From Hemiscyllium ocellatum (Eukaryota): 64,000 bases of DNA. The notes beneath the pieces were generated by a model. It saw only the letters and a program-made list of their open reading frames with translations. It had not been told where the DNA came from and did no database searches. The stretch covers positions 6,397,363 through 6,461,362 of the forward strand of contig NC_083433.1 of the NCBI RefSeq assembly GCF_020745735.1. The letters run 5' to 3'. The position numbers were made by a program, and so were the translations under genes. Below, piece after piece: positions 59,636-64,000 of this stretch; within the stretch, counting starts at the first letter, position 1, and each line of letters begins with the position of its first letter.

Positions 59636-60252
59636 AACACATGCATCATTTCAGGACAGCAGTCCATTCTTTCTGCTTTGCCACATGCTCAGAGGGCATC
59701 ATCCTTGAATGTAGAGTGCAGGAAGTTGTTTAATAATAAATATAAACTTGCATTTACATCTAAGGCCACAGATTTCATTCCCAATGACATTATCTGTTTC
59801 ACCAATATGGTGTTTAATATTTGACAGCTTCAGCTATTTATCTACAATGATTAAAAACCCCATGAGACAGCTGTTGTATGTTGCTGCAATTTTCATTAAG
59901 ATGACACTCAGGAGGATGATTAACCACCAAAGTCTAAAGGAGGACAAGAAACTCCAGAAGAATGTTTAAACAGGCTGTTGTGGTGCAGTGGTAGTGTCCC
60001 TTCCCTGATACAAGACCTACCTGCTCCACATGTGTAACGATGTCTGAAAAGGGTGATTAAGAAAAATAGTTCAAAGCAAGTTAAAGGTCTCACATGTCAT
60101 GCAGCTAAGAACCATGGATATGAAAGCAATCATTGAATTTTATAAAAAAGGTGTTTTGTCATTCACAGATTTTATTTTCAAGTTCAATGAGAATTCACAA
60201 TTTAGTACTATACATTAGAATAATTGCATATTGCAGTTTGACAGAGTCTCAC

Positions 60253-61920
<1,668 letters not shown>

Positions 61921-61977
61921 CTTCACTATTCCTGCTCACTATCACCTGAACAACTCCAGAACTGACCCACAAACTCT

Positions 61978-62128
61978 TGTATTTATCCTCCTGGGACATC
62001 CCACACCCAACCAGGGAATGACTCACCAATGATGATTGACAATCATAACAGCCAATCAGGAATCATCCATAAATCCAGACACCAATGAACGGCATGGGGT
62101 GGTGTCAGATACCCAGAGCCAATCAGAG
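61978..62128 (-). promoter_or_regulatory. Ferritin J promoter (TATA-like plus CCAAT cluster)
   Basis: GTATTTATCCTCC, CCAATGATGATTG and two AGCCAATCAG. Confidence 0.68.
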
Positions 62129-62136
62129 GTTTGAAA

Positions 62137-62418
62137 TGGCAACATAGTGGCTCAGTAGTTCACACTGCTGTCTCACAGTGCCAGGGACCTGGGCTCGATT
62201 CCAACCTGGGGCAACTGTCTGTGTGGATTTCCTCTGGGTGCACCAGTTTCCTCCCACAGGCACAAAGATATGCAAATCAGGTGAATTGGCCATACTAAAC
62301 TGCCAATAGTGTTAAATGTATTAGTTAGAGGGAAATGAGTTACTCTTCAGAGGGTCAGTGTGGTCTTGTTGGGCCAAAGGGCCTGTTTCCACACTGTAGG
62401 GAATCTAATCTAGTCTAA
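62137..62418 (+). mobile_element. HE1-like SINE abutting the ferritin J promoter
   Basis: A/B boxes, V-domain remnant and GGGAATCTAATC tail. Confidence 0.83.
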
Positions 62419-64000
62419 CCTGTGATTGCACTTAATTACAGAAGGTGACCGTAGGCCGACAGCAGTGTGTGGACTTAGAGCTTGCTTCTGAGATGGTGTC
62501 AAGTCACTCAGTCCAAGGGCAATTAGGGATGGTCAGCACTGGTTGGCATCAACAGCAACAGCTCCATTCCATGGATTAATTTAAAAAACATACTCACTCC
62601 AAGGCCATAATATGAATACAGAACACAACCCTCCAGCTGTGTGTACTCTGCACTTTATACGAATGTGACACAACCTGTACATTCCAGTCGCCTCTCCCCA
62701 ACAGATGAAGACTAAAATGATGTCAGCCTTTTAAATTCAGTTTTGTTACTGATTGTGGTGTTTTAGTAGTTTCTGCACGTGGTCTCCTAACTCTCTGCTC
62801 CTCTTCAGTTCTTGGCTCTTCATTATATTGAAATAAGTCTGATTTATCTAGGTCCAAAGTGCACTTTTCCTCACATCGAATTGTTGGCTAGTCTTGTCCG
62901 CTTATTATATCAGTGTTCCCCACAATATTCTGCCTGTTAATGTGCGATCCAACTGAACGTAATCAGGAAGTGTGATATAGCTCTCTATTCTTTGAACTGT
63001 GTCGCCTGGAAACATATTGAAGTCTGAGATGCCTGTGGGGAAGACACAGGGACATCAAAACCGAGATAAAAAGGAGGAGGCCATTCAGCCCCTTGAGCTT
63101 ACTCTGCCATTTTATATGATCATGGTGGATCCCATCAAACCCAATAAGCCCTGATCTTGCTTCCTTGCATATTAGTCAATCCCTTTAGCCCCAAATGCTC
63201 GATCTAAATCCTTGGAGTCAAAATTCTGACCTTGACTGTATTCTGTGGTTGCAGGTCCCACAGGCTCACCACTCTCTGGGTGATGAAATGTATCAGCATG
63301 TCCACGACACCAAGTTGCAGACAAATTGCCGATCGAGGGGGAGAGTCTGATCTGTTTCAGAGAGTCTGCAGTCAGTGTGCGTTGGTTTGCTACCTGGGGT
63401 GTTAAGTATTTTGACTAATTAACATGTATTCCTGCATTTACTAGAGATTCGTGAAGGTTAGGAATTGATATGTAAAGTTAAAAGCAGCAAGGAATCCGAC
63501 GTCAACCTGGTCAGAGACTTTTCCCCAGTTAGCGTCTGCAAAAGAATTAGAACTTTTGGCAATCCAGGAAGGCTTGTGACAATCTTATGTAGAAACACCT
63601 GAATTACACACTGTCCCCCAGGCCCTTGCAGAGAGGGAGACTGAAACAGCTTTGACCCAGCCACTGAATGCAGTAACCAGTCCCTTCCTGATATTTCACT
63701 GCTTCATGATATTATAGCTGACAGTGACACAGTCCCGAAACAACAGGAATTGAGAGATTACATTTGTAGGGGAAAGAGAAAACAGATGGGTTCTGAAGGG
63801 TCACAACTTGAAATGTTTATTGAGTTTCTCTCTCCATAGATGCTGCCAGACCTGTTGAGTTTCTCCAGTAATCAGTTTTGCTTCAGATTGCCAGCATCTG
63901 CAATTCTTTAATTAGACTCACTATATGGATAGCTGAGCTATATATCCTAAAGTGTCTCAATAAAGATTGTGGTATCAAGCTCATGGCCTTATCACTAGGC

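Overview
Vertebrate genomic DNA, most likely from a shark or ray given the HE1/V-SINE and CR1 (HER1-type) repeats. The window holds a minus-strand tandem array of 4-exon H/M-type ferritin genes: 8 intact copies (A, B, E, F, G, H, I, J; 173-176 aa), one copy lacking exon 1 (C) and one relic (D). Exons are almost identical between copies, even at silent sites, while introns are unalignable or shared in mosaic fashion. The intact copies have a TATA-like box, clustered CCAAT/Y-boxes and a short leader with no iron-responsive element. Between copies I and J, a 10-kb ERV-like element (664-bp LTRs about 99% identical, 4-bp TSD ATAC, PBS, PPT) sits inside the RNase H region of an older Gypsy element. 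Its interior is non-coding and appears to be a patchwork of RT, integrase and at least two env relics, plus a 9x46-bp leader repeat. The rest is CR1/L2 LINE fragments, SINEs, Gypsy relics, a Penelope fragment with a minimal hammerhead ribozyme, short hammerhead-bearing repeats and one assembly gap. All calls were made by eye with no database search.
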